In this document: positions 53,966 through 63,935 of the stretch, in pieces
How positions within the stretch are numbered: the stretch's first letter is position 1
Layout: every line of letters starts with the position of its first letter
Program-made: the position numbers and the translations under genes
NCBI GenBank assembly: GCA_019358915.1
Contig: JAHHIM010000007.1
Location: 48,303 to 112,302, forward strand
From: Trichormus sp. ATA11-4-KO1
Lineage (GTDB): Bacteria > Cyanobacteriota > Cyanobacteriia > Cyanobacteriales > Nostocaceae
Length of the DNA: 64,000 bases
Direction of reading: 5' to 3'
Notes under the pieces: generated by a model
Told to the model about the DNA's origin: nothing
The model's input: the letters and a program-made list of their open reading frames with translations, nothing else
The model's database searches: none

Positions 53966-54079
53966 TTTGGTGTTGCATATTTGCGGGATGATTTTGCTGG
54001 TTTTGTGGGATGGGCATCTTGCCCGTCCCTAATGGATTGAAATTTACTCAGGAAGGATGCACTTTCAACTCAGCACTCT

Positions 54080-55312
54080 TCATAAAACTTGCTCAAACGC
54101 TGTAATCAGGCGGTCAACTTCCTCAATTGTGTTGTAATGCACCATACTGACTCGCACGATTCCACCTTGGGGAGCTAATCCCAAATATTCAATTAGTCTT
54201 TTAGCGTAAAAATCCCCGTAGCGAATTCCAATATGATAGGGGTCAATTTGAGGTGGGATAGTTGAACTATGAATTCCGTCAACGACAAAAGATATAGTAG
54301 GTACACGCAATTCACGATTAGCCGTTGATTTGCCAATCACGCGAATTTTAGGCTGACTGTTGAGGTATTTTAGTAGGCGATCGCTAATCTTTTCTTCATG
54401 CACACTAATCAAATCAAATACCTGCGCCATTTGATTTCTTAATTCAGGTGCAGTTTGATTACCATAGTGTATTTGTGCTAATTCGCTCAAATAATCACAT
54501 AAACCTAACATGCCATAACTCAATTCAAAATTAACGTTACCCAATTGAAATTTATAAGGAATATCTGTCTGCTCAATAAAATAATGGTTTAGTCCAGGTA
54601 TTCTTAATAAATGTTTTTCTTTACCATAAAGTAAAGCACAATGAGAACCATAAACTTTATAAAAACTCAAAACATAGAAATCTACATCTAAATCTTGCAC
54701 ATCAACTAATCTATGGGGTGCATAAGCTACACCATCGACACAAATCATTGCTCCCCGCTCATGTACAAATTTAGCAATTTCTTTAATAGGGTTGATAGTT
54801 CCCAAAATATTAGAAGCATGAGTCAAAGCTACTAATTTTGTGCGTTGACTGATTAATGGCTCTAAATCTTCTAAATGCAGTTCTAGAGTATCTGGACGAA
54901 TTTGCCAAACTTTAATTTTAATTCCTTGTTCTTCCAGAGTTGTCCAAGCACCAATATTTGCTTCGTGGTCACAATTGGTAACAATAATTTCATCACCATC
55001 CGTGAATGTTTGGCTCAGACAAATTGCCAGGATTTTTAACATCATGGTAGTAGATGGTCCTATGACTACCTCTGTTGGCGACTTGGCATTAATTAAGGTA
55101 GCCATTCCTCTAGTAGCTAATGTCACTCGTTCTCCTGCTAATTGAGAAATTTCATAAGAAGCTCCCAATTGCACATCAGTAGTCAGAAGAAATTCGCTAA
55201 TTCTGTCTACAACTTTTTTCAGGGTTTGTGATCCTCCAGCATTATCAAAAAAAGTCCACTTTCCGGCTAAGGCGGGAAAATATTCGCGAACTTTGTTAAT
55301 TTGCAAAAACAT
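54080..55312 (-). CDS. Class V aminotransferase, cysteine desulfurase-like protein
   Basis: FDNAGGSQ, DHEAN, ASNILG, DGVAYAPH, SFYK PLP lysine and RVSMVHYN. Confidence 0.88.
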   Translation of the reverse strand: MFLQINKVREYFPALAGKWTFFDNAGGSQTLKKVVDRISEFLLTTDVQLGASYEISQLAGERVTLATRGMATLINAKSPTEVVIGPSTTMMLKILAICLSQTFTDGDEIIVTNCDHEANIGAWTTLEEQGIKIKVWQIRPDTLELHLEDLEPLISQRTKLVALTHASNILGTINPIKEIAKFVHERGAMICVDGVAYAPHRLVDVQDLDVDFYVLSFYKVYGSHCALLYGKEKHLLRIPGLNHYFIEQTDIPYKFQLGNVNFELSYGMLGLCDYLSELAQIHYGNQTAPELRNQMAQVFDLISVHEEKISDRLLKYLNSQPKIRVIGKSTANRELRVPTISFVVDGIHSSTIPPQIDPYHIGIRYGDFYAKRLIEYLGLAPQGGIVRVSMVHYNTIEEVDRLITAFEQVL

Positions 55313-55598
55313 ATAATGATTTCTCCAGAGAATGAAAGTAACAGGTTAGAGTGTCAATTCAATTTGGTATTTTCTGGATCAAAGATACACCACAAACAAA
55401 GAATAAAGGCTGAAATCTCGCAGACTATATCAACATCATTTATTCTTTGTCCTTTGCTTTAGCCAGCAACTACGCTACCCAGTAGCAATCTACATCCTTT
55501 TTTGGTAGTACTTCTGGTGACCATTCCCTACCTGCATCAAGAAAACTTTTGCTGGGTGTCTATCTGAAGACTGATACCAATTCGTGTTTAAATGTGCG

Positions 55599-55649
55599 AT
55601 TCTGAGCGAAGCGTAGAGGTATGAAGTTCGTCTACGCTTCGCTCAGAAT
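55599..55649. repeat. 19-bp perfect inverted repeat related to the CTGAGCGAAG dispersed repeat family
   Basis: ATTCTGAGCGAAGCGTAGA-N13-TCTACGCTTCGCTCAGAAT. Confidence 0.75.
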
Positions 55650-55821
55650 ACAAAGTTACTTCTGTAAGTGCAACTTGATATGAGAGAGGAGATGACTCAC
55701 ACAAGTTTAGCTGTTTTGATTATTCACAATTTCCTCTAATTTTTTTGATAAGTTTAAGATAGAACCAAAAAACTTATTGTCTTGAATATCAATTCCTTGA
55801 TTAAAAACAAAGGAACGAGCT

Positions 55822-56043
55822 ATGGATACTGCTGTTAAATATGATATTGAGGTTATTAAGGAAGAAGCACGTCAACTTGTCAATAAGGGATTTATTGACC
55901 GTCAACAACCAATTTATTCCCTATGTAAATATATTCCTCATCGCGACTGGCTATTGTTTGAGATTGAGCTAGAAAAGAATGAATTTTTGCTCAGAGATAG
56001 GATTATTGACCTGTTGAGTAGTGAAACCTGGGAAGAAGATTGA
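55822..56043 (+). CDS. DUF4327-family small protein
   Basis: IKEEARQLV..G..RQQPIYSLC.YIP.RDW...ELE....LRDRI.DL...W.ED. Confidence 0.8.
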   Translation: MDTAVKYDIEVIKEEARQLVNKGFIDRQQPIYSLCKYIPHRDWLLFEIELEKNEFLLRDRIIDLLSSETWEED

Positions 56044-56235
56044 TGCTGTTAGTAAAAGTTAATCCACATTAACAGTATCTACAACAAATTAAGATAGAAA
56101 GCCCTCGAAATGATTCGGGGTTTTTAAATGTAAATTATTTGTTAAAAAAATAAAAGTGTTATACACCAGGGTTTATTAGCTAATAGCTAATAAACCAAGT
56201 AAATTTTACTCAAAAAACGCTACTATTAAAACCTC

Positions 56236-56481
56236 TTAGGCTGGCACATTTTGTCTGCCAATCCATCCCGTTATGGTTTTGCGTTGGCTGGCGTAAATTC
56301 TATGATTTTCTCGATTCTGGCGGTTTATGGGTAATTCTTCTACAACACTTTCTGCTAGCGAACTAGAATTTTCCCAAGAATATACTGGCATATCTTGCCA
56401 GCAATGCCGACAAAACCAGGCAATTCCTGAAACGCGTATATGAGGCAAAAGTATCCCAGAACAACAAGGGCAGTAATTCAT
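56236..56481 (-). CDS. Small zinc-ribbon-like hypothetical protein
   Basis: CPCCS..LL.H....WFCRHCWQDMP. Confidence 0.72.
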   Translation of the reverse strand: MNYCPCCSGILLPHIRVSGIAWFCRHCWQDMPVYSWENSSSLAESVVEELPINRQNRENHRIYASQRKTITGWIGRQNVPA

Positions 56482-56815
56482 ACTTTTATAAAATCCTGAT
56501 GATAAAAAGGTGTATTTAAAATCGGAGCTGTCAATTAATCAGCCCGTCGTCATGCAAAAAACTGTTTATATCTCAAGAATAGTTATGAAGTATGAGGAAG
56601 TTGTGAGGAAGCTTAAATTAATCAATCATTTGTAATCTTTATACATATTAAATTTGTAATCCCCTCAAATGCACTTAATTAAAATTTATAATTAGCGTCA
56701 GTCATAGTGATTTTTATAACTAGAGCGATATTGATAGCTCATCATCAAGATAGTTGATATAAAATAACCCCACCCCGCTTTTGACTGACGCCAAAATCAT
56801 CCTCTCCACTTAAGA

Positions 56816-56933
56816 TACCTTGTACACACATCTTTAAAATATCTTCTTATCCACCTAAATCGCCCTCTTTCAGGAGTTTAGGCAGGATCAAAATAGTGAG
56901 GGGCAACTCTAGAAGACTTGTGTATACACCGTA
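56816..56933. mobile_element. Degenerate MITE-like element nested in a CCCCACCCC...GGGGTAGGG palindromic repeat
   Basis: Imperfect terminal inverted repeats TACCTTGTACACACA / TGTGTATACACCGTA. Confidence 0.45.
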
Positions 56934-57018
56934 GGCATAAGAAGAGAAGAGATTAGGGGTAGGGTTTTTTCTACTGAATTATGGGTTTTCAATCAGACAT
57001 AATATCCGCACCCAACAC

Positions 57019-57369
<351 letters not shown>

Positions 57370-57707
57370 TTAACTTCTAATTAGGTTCGTTTATCTATCT
57401 AACCAGATTCACTGTCTAACACTTTCACCATTAGCGCTATTCTTAGACAATATGTAAAAATTGCAACTTTTTTTAAACTGTATACTGCCAAAGTAGTTTT
57501 GACATGAGTACTGGCAAAAATTGATGGAGATAATCGTTGAGGTTGTGATATGGGAAAGTGGTCTTCTAATGAGATTTTTGTATGTAGTTTTTGTGACTCA
57601 AAAATAGATAAATTCCACTAACAGTAAATCAGATTCAGATATTCAGGGTTTAAGTTGGGAGAATTGACGCGGGAAATGAAGACCCTAAGCAGTTGTCACA
57701 GGATCAA

Positions 57708-58319
57708 CTAACGATTCTGATGTTCAAACAGGGGACGCACAATCAAATATCCAGCACCAAAAGCGGTGAGCATGATTAACAAAATAGTGATGGCTAACCA
57801 CCAGCCACTGAATTCCTTTACTTCTGTCTCCCTGGGGGGATAATAGCTGACTTCTTGCTCCTCTATAAAAACTGTTTCTGGGATTGGGGGATTTATTTCT
57901 TCTACAAGTACAGAAGATTCAGAATGATGGCTTTTGCCTCTTGGTACTTTGGTAACGACGGATGAACGTGAACGAGATGCCTGTTGACGTGGACGGGCTT
58001 CAGTCACCGGCTGTTTGGCTGGACTTTTCACTTCACCAACCGTAGGGGTAGCTGGGTGAGAACTAGGCTTAGTACTAGAATCTGCAAACTTTTGCAGGTG
58101 TAGAACAGACTGAACAACTTTGGTAATTTCTTGGCGTAGTAATTGATTTTCTTGTTCTAGTTGGTGATTTTGGGTAGTAAGTGCGTCTAATTTGGCTTGT
58201 GTTGACTGTAACTCTGCTGCCAACTCTCGGTATACATACAGTGGCACAGAGGGAGGGTAGGTTTGAGCAGTTGGTGGTTTTGCTGGATGGCGGTGAACAG
58301 AACTTGGGGTTGTTTGCAT
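57708..58319 (-). CDS. Hypothetical coiled-coil protein with C-terminal TM anchor
   Basis: PSVPLYVYRELAAELQ, coiled coil, low-complexity linker and TM ...AFGAGYLIVRP; start set at ATG 58319. Confidence 0.75.
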   Translation of the reverse strand: MQTTPSSVHRHPAKPPTAQTYPPSVPLYVYRELAAELQSTQAKLDALTTQNHQLEQENQLLRQEITKVVQSVLHLQKFADSSTKPSSHPATPTVGEVKSPAKQPVTEARPRQQASRSRSSVVTKVPRGKSHHSESSVLVEEINPPIPETVFIEEQEVSYYPPRETEVKEFSGWWLAITILLIMLTAFGAGYLIVRPLFEHQNR

Positions 58320-58521
58320 AGATAAGTTGGTATCAAAAATTAAGATGATCAGTTCATACAGAGATGCTATCAAAAGTATAGTTGCCTCTGAAACTAGCCC
58401 AAGAATAATAGAAAAATGCCCAGAGAGCAAAGATTTTTTATTTACTTTTGGATATAGTTCAGTAGTCAGTGGTGAGTAGTAAAAGTGTCTCACAGTTAAC
58501 CACTGGCAAAATACAGATTGG

Positions 58522-59343
58522 TTAATTTTGTAACAGAGGGAAAAAGTGTCCTACAGGGCCTTGCCCTTTACCAATATCTAGAGCGTAAGTGAGTGCAGTA
58601 GTGACATACTCCTTTGCCTGTTGTACTGCCGGCCACAAGTCCTTTCCCATTGCGAGATTTGCGGCGATCGCAGCTGATAATGTACAACCAGTACCGTGGG
58701 TATTTTTAGTCTCTACTTGTTTGGTTGTCAAAGTTTCCAGCTTTTGCCCATCAAACCAGATATCCACACCACGCAAGCTGCCCTGCATCCCGCCACCTTT
58801 GACTAAAACGGCTTTCACTTTGAGATTTCGATGTATGACTTGAGCGGCTGCCCGCATCTCGTCTAAGGTATTAATTGGTAAACCGCTCAAAATCTGCGCC
58901 TCGTAGCGATTTGGTGTCACAATAGCCGCCTTGGGAATCAAAGCCTGACGTAAAGTCTTGACAGCATCATCATCAATCAGTTGCGCTCCTGTACGTGATA
59001 CCATCACCGGATCAACAACTAAGTTATTAATTTGTAATGCTTCCACTTGCTGGGCGACAGCAGAAATAATTTCTTGATTGAGCAACATTCCCGTTTTTGC
59101 AGCTTGCACGCCAATATCTTCGACCACAGCTTGAATTTGTGCTGCTACCGCCTCAGTTGGCATGGCATCAACCCGCGCCACTCCCAAAGTATTTTGTGCT
59201 GTGACACAGGTAATAGCGTTAGTACCGTGGACACAGTGAAAGGCAAAGGTGCGTAAATCAGCTTGAATTCCTGCACCACCACCGCTATCGGAACCAGCAA
59301 TGGTTAAAGCCACAGGCACTCTAGAGATTATTTCAGTATTCAT
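58522..59343 (-). CDS. thiD: Hydroxymethylpyrimidine/phosphomethylpyrimidine kinase
   Basis: TIAGSDSGGGAGIQADL, KTGML, VDPVM, TPN..EA and HGTGCT. Confidence 0.96.
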   Translation of the reverse strand: MNTEIISRVPVALTIAGSDSGGGAGIQADLRTFAFHCVHGTNAITCVTAQNTLGVARVDAMPTEAVAAQIQAVVEDIGVQAAKTGMLLNQEIISAVAQQVEALQINNLVVDPVMVSRTGAQLIDDDAVKTLRQALIPKAAIVTPNRYEAQILSGLPINTLDEMRAAAQVIHRNLKVKAVLVKGGGMQGSLRGVDIWFDGQKLETLTTKQVETKNTHGTGCTLSAAIAANLAMGKDLWPAVQQAKEYVTTALTYALDIGKGQGPVGHFFPLLQN

Positions 59344-59642
59344 AAAAATAAATTAACGAGATGGTAGTTGCTTGGCTTTCGCCGCCAAAGGATTCGGTTG
59401 TGGACTTTTTATTCGTTCTTGCGGAACTACCGCTAAGTAAGGAATGAGTTTGGCTTCATCAACCCAGCCCGAATAATGTTTGATGCTGGTTGATTTAGGG
59501 GAAAGATGAAATCATTAATGTTCATCTTTAAAACTCTTCTTCTTTGCGCCTTTGCGACTTTGCGTGAGACAAAAATCATCCCATTAATCAGCAACTCCAA
59601 AAAATAATTTTCTAATTTTCTTAACTCAAAAAGCATTAGCTA

Positions 59643-60071
59643 CTATTGTTGCTCCGTATTTAAGCTTTGTAATACACCTTGTAAATACTTACCCCATTCT
59701 GCGGCTAAAGGGACTTCTGTAAACGGAACACGTACCGACTTGGATGGGGAAAAGAGAAACTCTAACTCAGTCACTCGACCTTTTTGAGGATAATTTTCCA
59801 TCATTACTACTTTGCCATCTACCAAAAGTCGTACTTCTTTAACATCCAATAAAGAAAAAGTTTCTAAATTAATCGGTCCTTTAGTTGTGGGTTTTCCCCA
59901 GGTAAGATTGTGATCTTTTAGACCTAAAACCGCATAAATATCATACTTAGCTTTGTCAAATTTGTCCGCCCAAACACGATATGCTTCAACTTTTTGATAC
60001 TCCCTTGAGCCTTGCCAAGCCAACCAGAAAAAAGCTGCTAATAAAGGTAACCATAAAAGACCACGTTCCAT
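59643..60071 (-). CDS. Conserved hypothetical membrane-anchored protein
   Basis: MERGLLWLPLL...EYQKVEAYR.WA...AKYDIYAVLG, with an N-terminal TM. Confidence 0.75.
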   Translation of the reverse strand: MERGLLWLPLLAAFFWLAWQGSREYQKVEAYRVWADKFDKAKYDIYAVLGLKDHNLTWGKPTTKGPINLETFSLLDVKEVRLLVDGKVVMMENYPQKGRVTELEFLFSPSKSVRVPFTEVPLAAEWGKYLQGVLQSLNTEQQ

Positions 60072-60180
60072 ACACTAAACAGTCCTAAATCTTGAGTAAA
60101 AATTGTCCAAAATACACCAATCAGGTATGAAGATAAGTTATGGTAGTGAGCAAACTGGCAAAAAGCGGTGATGAGTTAAT

Positions 60181-62031
60181 ATGAAAAGACTTATATTATT
60201 GTGCTTGTTTGTCATCGGGTTAGGGGCTGCTGTTTTTGGTTTCCTGAGTTTTCAGTTACTGGCAGCTAAAGGTGAATTTGAGACGATTTTGCTGGATTTT
60301 CGCGAAGATATACCTGCACAGGTAGTACAACAGAATTTACAAGCGATCGCTCAAGAATATAATGTTAAACCCCGATTAGACAATCAATTTTCAGCGCGGG
60401 ATAATGTATATATTATTGAAGGCGATCGCCAGCGACTGAAAGAACTGAAAAAATCCCCATTTGCCCAATTTACACAATTAATCGAGCCAAATTATATTTA
60501 TAGAAAGATTCCCCAACCAGGTGAAGCAACTTGGTCAAGAGAGATTTTACTATCCCAAGATGATGAGGCACATCCCTCATTAAAGGGACCTAACGACCAA
60601 TATTACAGCAAACAGTGGAATCTGCACAACATCGGCATGGAAGGCGCATGGGATCAAACCAAAGGCGCTGGTGTGACAGTAGCGGTGATTGATACCGGTA
60701 TTACTCGCGTGCGTGACTTGCAAGAAACGAAATTCGTCAAAGGCTATGATTTCGTTAACGATCGCGAAACAGCCACCGATGACAACGGACACGGTACTCA
60801 TGTTGCTGGTACTATTGCCGAAGCTACTAATAATAACTATGGTGTAGCTGGTATTGCTTACGAAGCTAACCTCATGCCATTGAAAGTACTAAGTGCCTAT
60901 GGTGGCGGTACTGTTGCCGATATTGCCGAAGCGATTAAATTTGCGGCTGACAAAGGCGCAGATGTAATTAACATGAGCTTGGGTGGTGGTGGTGAAAGCC
61001 AATTGATGAAGCAAGCAATCGAGTATGCTCACAATAAAGGCGTGACAATTGTTGCCGCAGCAGGCAATGAAAACGAGAATGGGGCAAGTTATCCCGCTCG
61101 TTACCCCTATGTTATTGGCGTTTCCGCATTCGGCCCAGACGGAGAAAAAGCCTCCTATTCCAACTTTGGTGCAGGGGTTGATATCTCTGCACCTGGTGGT
61201 AGTGATGCTGGTACGATTCTGCAAGAAACCATTAACCCCGACAACGGCGAAGGAGTGTTTTTAGGACTCCAGGGTACAAGTATGGCTTCCCCCCACGTTG
61301 CTGGTGTAGCAGCATTAATTAAAGCTGCTGGAATCACAGAACCAGATGAAGTTTTAAAAGTCCTTAAGCAGTCAGCACGAGTAATTCAGGATGATAGCTT
61401 GAACTATTACGGTGCGGGACAACTAAATGCCGAAGCAGCAGTTAAACTTGCCGTCACAGGACAAATCAGTTTCCAAGACTTCTTCCGGTGGTTACGCGAT
61501 AACGGTTATCTCAACCCCCGCTTTTGGATTGATGGCGGTGCTGTCGCACTTGTACCCAAGCTGCTTATGGTAATTGGTTCCTATCTACTAGCTTGGTTTT
61601 TGCGAGTTTACTTCCCCTTCACCTGGGGTTGGTCTTTATCCAGTGGCTTAATTGCTGGTAGTTCTGGGTTATTCTTCCTCAAAGGAATCTATATCTTTGA
61701 CCTACCCCAATGGCCTTTCCGAGTTTTGGGCAGTTCCATTCCCGAACTAGGCAATACACTACAAGGAACCAACGCCCTAAATCCTGTATTTGCCAGCGTG
61801 CTAATTCCCATTGTGTTAATGGCATTACTGTTAGGACATTCTAGCTGGAAATGGTTTGCCATTGGTTCCACCCTAGGTATTGCAGCATTTCTAACAGTCA
61901 GTGCTGTTTATGACCCAGCTGTTTGGGGCTTAGGAAGTAGTTATCTTGCAAGAGGGTTTCTCATTACTAATGCCTTACTATGTTATGGACTAGCTCGTTT
62001 AGCATTGAAAAACGAAGGTCAAACAGCATAA
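60181..62031 (+). CDS. S8 subtilisin-like serine protease with C-terminal membrane domain
   Basis: VAVIDTG, HGTHVAG, AAAGN and GTSMASPHVAG catalytic motifs; about five C-terminal TM helices. Confidence 0.93.
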   Translation: MKRLILLCLFVIGLGAAVFGFLSFQLLAAKGEFETILLDFREDIPAQVVQQNLQAIAQEYNVKPRLDNQFSARDNVYIIEGDRQRLKELKKSPFAQFTQLIEPNYIYRKIPQPGEATWSREILLSQDDEAHPSLKGPNDQYYSKQWNLHNIGMEGAWDQTKGAGVTVAVIDTGITRVRDLQETKFVKGYDFVNDRETATDDNGHGTHVAGTIAEATNNNYGVAGIAYEANLMPLKVLSAYGGGTVADIAEAIKFAADKGADVINMSLGGGGESQLMKQAIEYAHNKGVTIVAAAGNENENGASYPARYPYVIGVSAFGPDGEKASYSNFGAGVDISAPGGSDAGTILQETINPDNGEGVFLGLQGTSMASPHVAGVAALIKAAGITEPDEVLKVLKQSARVIQDDSLNYYGAGQLNAEAAVKLAVTGQISFQDFFRWLRDNGYLNPRFWIDGGAVALVPKLLMVIGSYLLAWFLRVYFPFTWGWSLSSGLIAGSSGLFFLKGIYIFDLPQWPFRVLGSSIPELGNTLQGTNALNPVFASVLIPIVLMALLLGHSSWKWFAIGSTLGIAAFLTVSAVYDPAVWGLGSSYLARGFLITNALLCYGLARLALKNEGQTA

Positions 62032-62118
62032 GAAGGGAATGGGGAATGGGGTGAAATTACTTTTATAATTCTCCCTCACTCCCTCACTCAGCACTGAGGA
62101 AGGAAGCACTTAAAAAAT

Positions 62119-62343
62119 ATGAGCATTACAGTTACAGGCACAATTCAACGCCGTGATATTGGCACTGGCGCTTGGGCGTTAGTTACAGATGAGGGCGTTA
62201 CCTATGAAATCCTCAGAGATACTGACAAAAACCTGCTCCAAGCTGGACAAAAAGCCAAAGTTATAGGACAGGTACGCGAAGACATCATGACGATGGCGAT
62301 GATTGGCCCTGTCCTAGAAGTCAAATCTTTTGAGGTAATTTAG
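62119..62343 (+). CDS. Small OB-fold-like hypothetical protein
   Basis: 74-aa beta-rich ORF, GAWALV..GVTYE...GQVRED.MT.AMIGPVLEV. Confidence 0.72.
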   Translation: MSITVTGTIQRRDIGTGAWALVTDEGVTYEILRDTDKNLLQAGQKAKVIGQVREDIMTMAMIGPVLEVKSFEVI

Positions 62344-62663
62344 TTCTGACTAGGGGTAGCATTTAGAACATCTTGTAGACGACTTCTAAACTCCCCTTTG
62401 GGATGACCCCCTTTGACTTCACCGATAATTTGAAATTCTCCTTCTGGAGAATCACAGATAATGTAGGTAGGCCATCCCATATCTGATTTATCTGGATACT
62501 GGGACAGCAGAATCTGACGATACTTGCGGTAGGCAGCTGTATCTTGCATTTTTACATCGATAAATTGCAAACCTAGCTCTTCAGCCACCTTTTTGTCATA
62601 AAAAGACATTTTGTGGCAAATGCCGCACTCTTCTGAAGAAAACTTAATGACAGCTAAACTCAT
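62340..62663 (-). CDS. Thioredoxin-fold protein
   Basis: KFSSEECGICH (CxxC) and GWPTY cis-Pro motif. Confidence 0.8.
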   Translation of the reverse strand: MSLAVIKFSSEECGICHKMSFYDKKVAEELGLQFIDVKMQDTAAYRKYRQILLSQYPDKSDMGWPTYIICDSPEGEFQIIGEVKGGHPKGEFRSRLQDVLNATPSQN

Positions 62664-63336
62664 GTGGCTCTGCGCCTTTCTGGACGTAGGCGGTATGCTT
62701 TAGCATAAGCTCTAGGGAGCTTAACATATTGCTAGAAAAGGAACAATCAAATTCTAGAAAAATTTAATAGATTAATTACATTTCTGAGGAGATATTTCTG
62801 CGTGTGGTTATTTATGGCAGGTGCAGGAGTCAGCGAACAAACCGGAATATGTCTTTGTGTCCGGGTTTGGTGATTAGTTTATATCCTAAGCTATGTGATA
62901 GCTGCTATAGTTTTCAGTCTACTAAGCAACAATAGCGAGTCAGCAAAGAATCTAGAGAACCAGCCAAAATTTATGGTATGCTAAGTTTAACTACAATATC
63001 TACATCTACCTACAACAGTGTAGTTTTTACTCAATAGCTAAGCGATGCTTAAAGCATTTCTTAAGAGCGATCGCAAAAAAGCAAGGCTGATTTACTATTA
63101 ATTTAATAGTGTTAGGGTGAAGTAGGCTTAAAAACGTTATAAGTAAAAAAAGCATTCTAGAAGCCTCATTGTAGGATAAAATGCTCATCCAATTTTCAGC
63201 CTAAGTTTTATCAACAAATCATGATACTAAGAGCAATAAAAAACTATCTACAGTAGAATATTTTCATGATTTTGCGTTAGAATATTGCCCTAAGCAGATA
63301 CCAATGAAAAAAGGCTATTCAGCAAAAAATTTTTTC

Positions 63337-63394
63337 AGAAACCCCATGTAGTTTTGACTAGTTAGGGGAGTTAGTTATCAGGGTACATCTACCA
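63337..63394 (-). ncRNA. nsiR1: NsiR1-like sRNA copy 1 (weaker terminator)
   Basis: Minus strand TGGTAGATGTACCCTGATAACTAACTCCCCTAAC...ATGGGGTTTCT; TCCGGA at 63424-63429. Confidence 0.7.
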
Positions 63395-63467
63395 ATTAAA
63401 TGTTCTTAGCTTAAGTAAAGCCCTCCGGATAAAATTATCCCAAGGTCATTTATTATTTTGTTTAAAT

Positions 63468-63527
63468 AAAAAATCCCCCAGTGGTGGCAGCCAGCCAGGG
63501 GAGTTAGTTATCAGGGTGCATCTACCA
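63468..63527 (-). ncRNA. nsiR1: NsiR1-like sRNA copy 2
   Basis: Minus strand TGGTAGATGCACCCTGATAACTAACTCCCCTGGCTGGCTGCCACCACTGGGGGATTTTTT; TCCGGA at 63557-63562. Confidence 0.82.
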
Positions 63528-63606
63528 ATAAACTTTTCTAGGACTAAATACCATGTTCCGGATAGAATTGTCACAAATAGGGATGTTGCTGATACTCAAC
63601 ATCAAC

Positions 63607-63666
63607 AAAAAATCCCTCAGTGGTGGCAGTTGGCTAGAGGAGTTAGTTGTCAAGGCGCATTCATCA
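63607..63666 (-). ncRNA. nsiR1: NsiR1-like sRNA copy 3 (divergent)
   Basis: Minus strand TGATGAATGCGCCTTGACAACTAACTCCTCTAGCCAACTGCCACCACTGAGGGATTTTTT; motif degenerate (TCTGGA at 63695-63700 on +). Confidence 0.65.
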
Positions 63667-63742
63667 ATAGTCTGTTTTAAAAATAAGAGTCTGTTCTGGA
63701 CAAAATTGTCATTAATGATATGATGGTTGCTGTTCGATGAAC

Positions 63743-63804
63743 AAAAAAATCCCCCAACAGGTGTTAGCCAGCGAGGGGAGTTAATTATCAGGGTGCATCT
63801 ACCA
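63743..63804 (-). ncRNA. nsiR1: NsiR1-like sRNA copy 4
   Basis: Minus strand TGGTAGATGCACCCTGATAATTAACTCCCCTCGCTGGCTAACACCTGTTGGGGGATTTTTTT; TCCGGA at 63834-63839. Confidence 0.82.
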
Positions 63805-63872
63805 ATTCAATCTTCGTGATGCAACTACCATTTTCCGGAGAAAATTATCATCATAGTTGTTGTGCGTTGCCT

Positions 63873-63935
63873 AAAAAAAATCCCCCAACAGGTGTTAGCC
63901 AGCGAGGGGAGTTAATTATCAGGGTGCATCTACCA
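63873..63935 (-). ncRNA. nsiR1: NsiR1-like sRNA copy 5
   Basis: Identical to copy 4; TCCGGA at 63965-63970. Confidence 0.82.

Noticed and set aside
57454..57467. NtcA box upstream of glnB (GTA-N8-AAC)
   Set aside because: It has one mismatch to GTA-N8-TAC and I found no properly spaced TAN3T -10 element, so it is not supportable from sequence alone.
59344..59640. TPP riboswitch upstream of thiD
   Set aside because: No recognisable TPP aptamer core (CTGAGA...CCTGA...GCGTAGG-like) on the minus strand.
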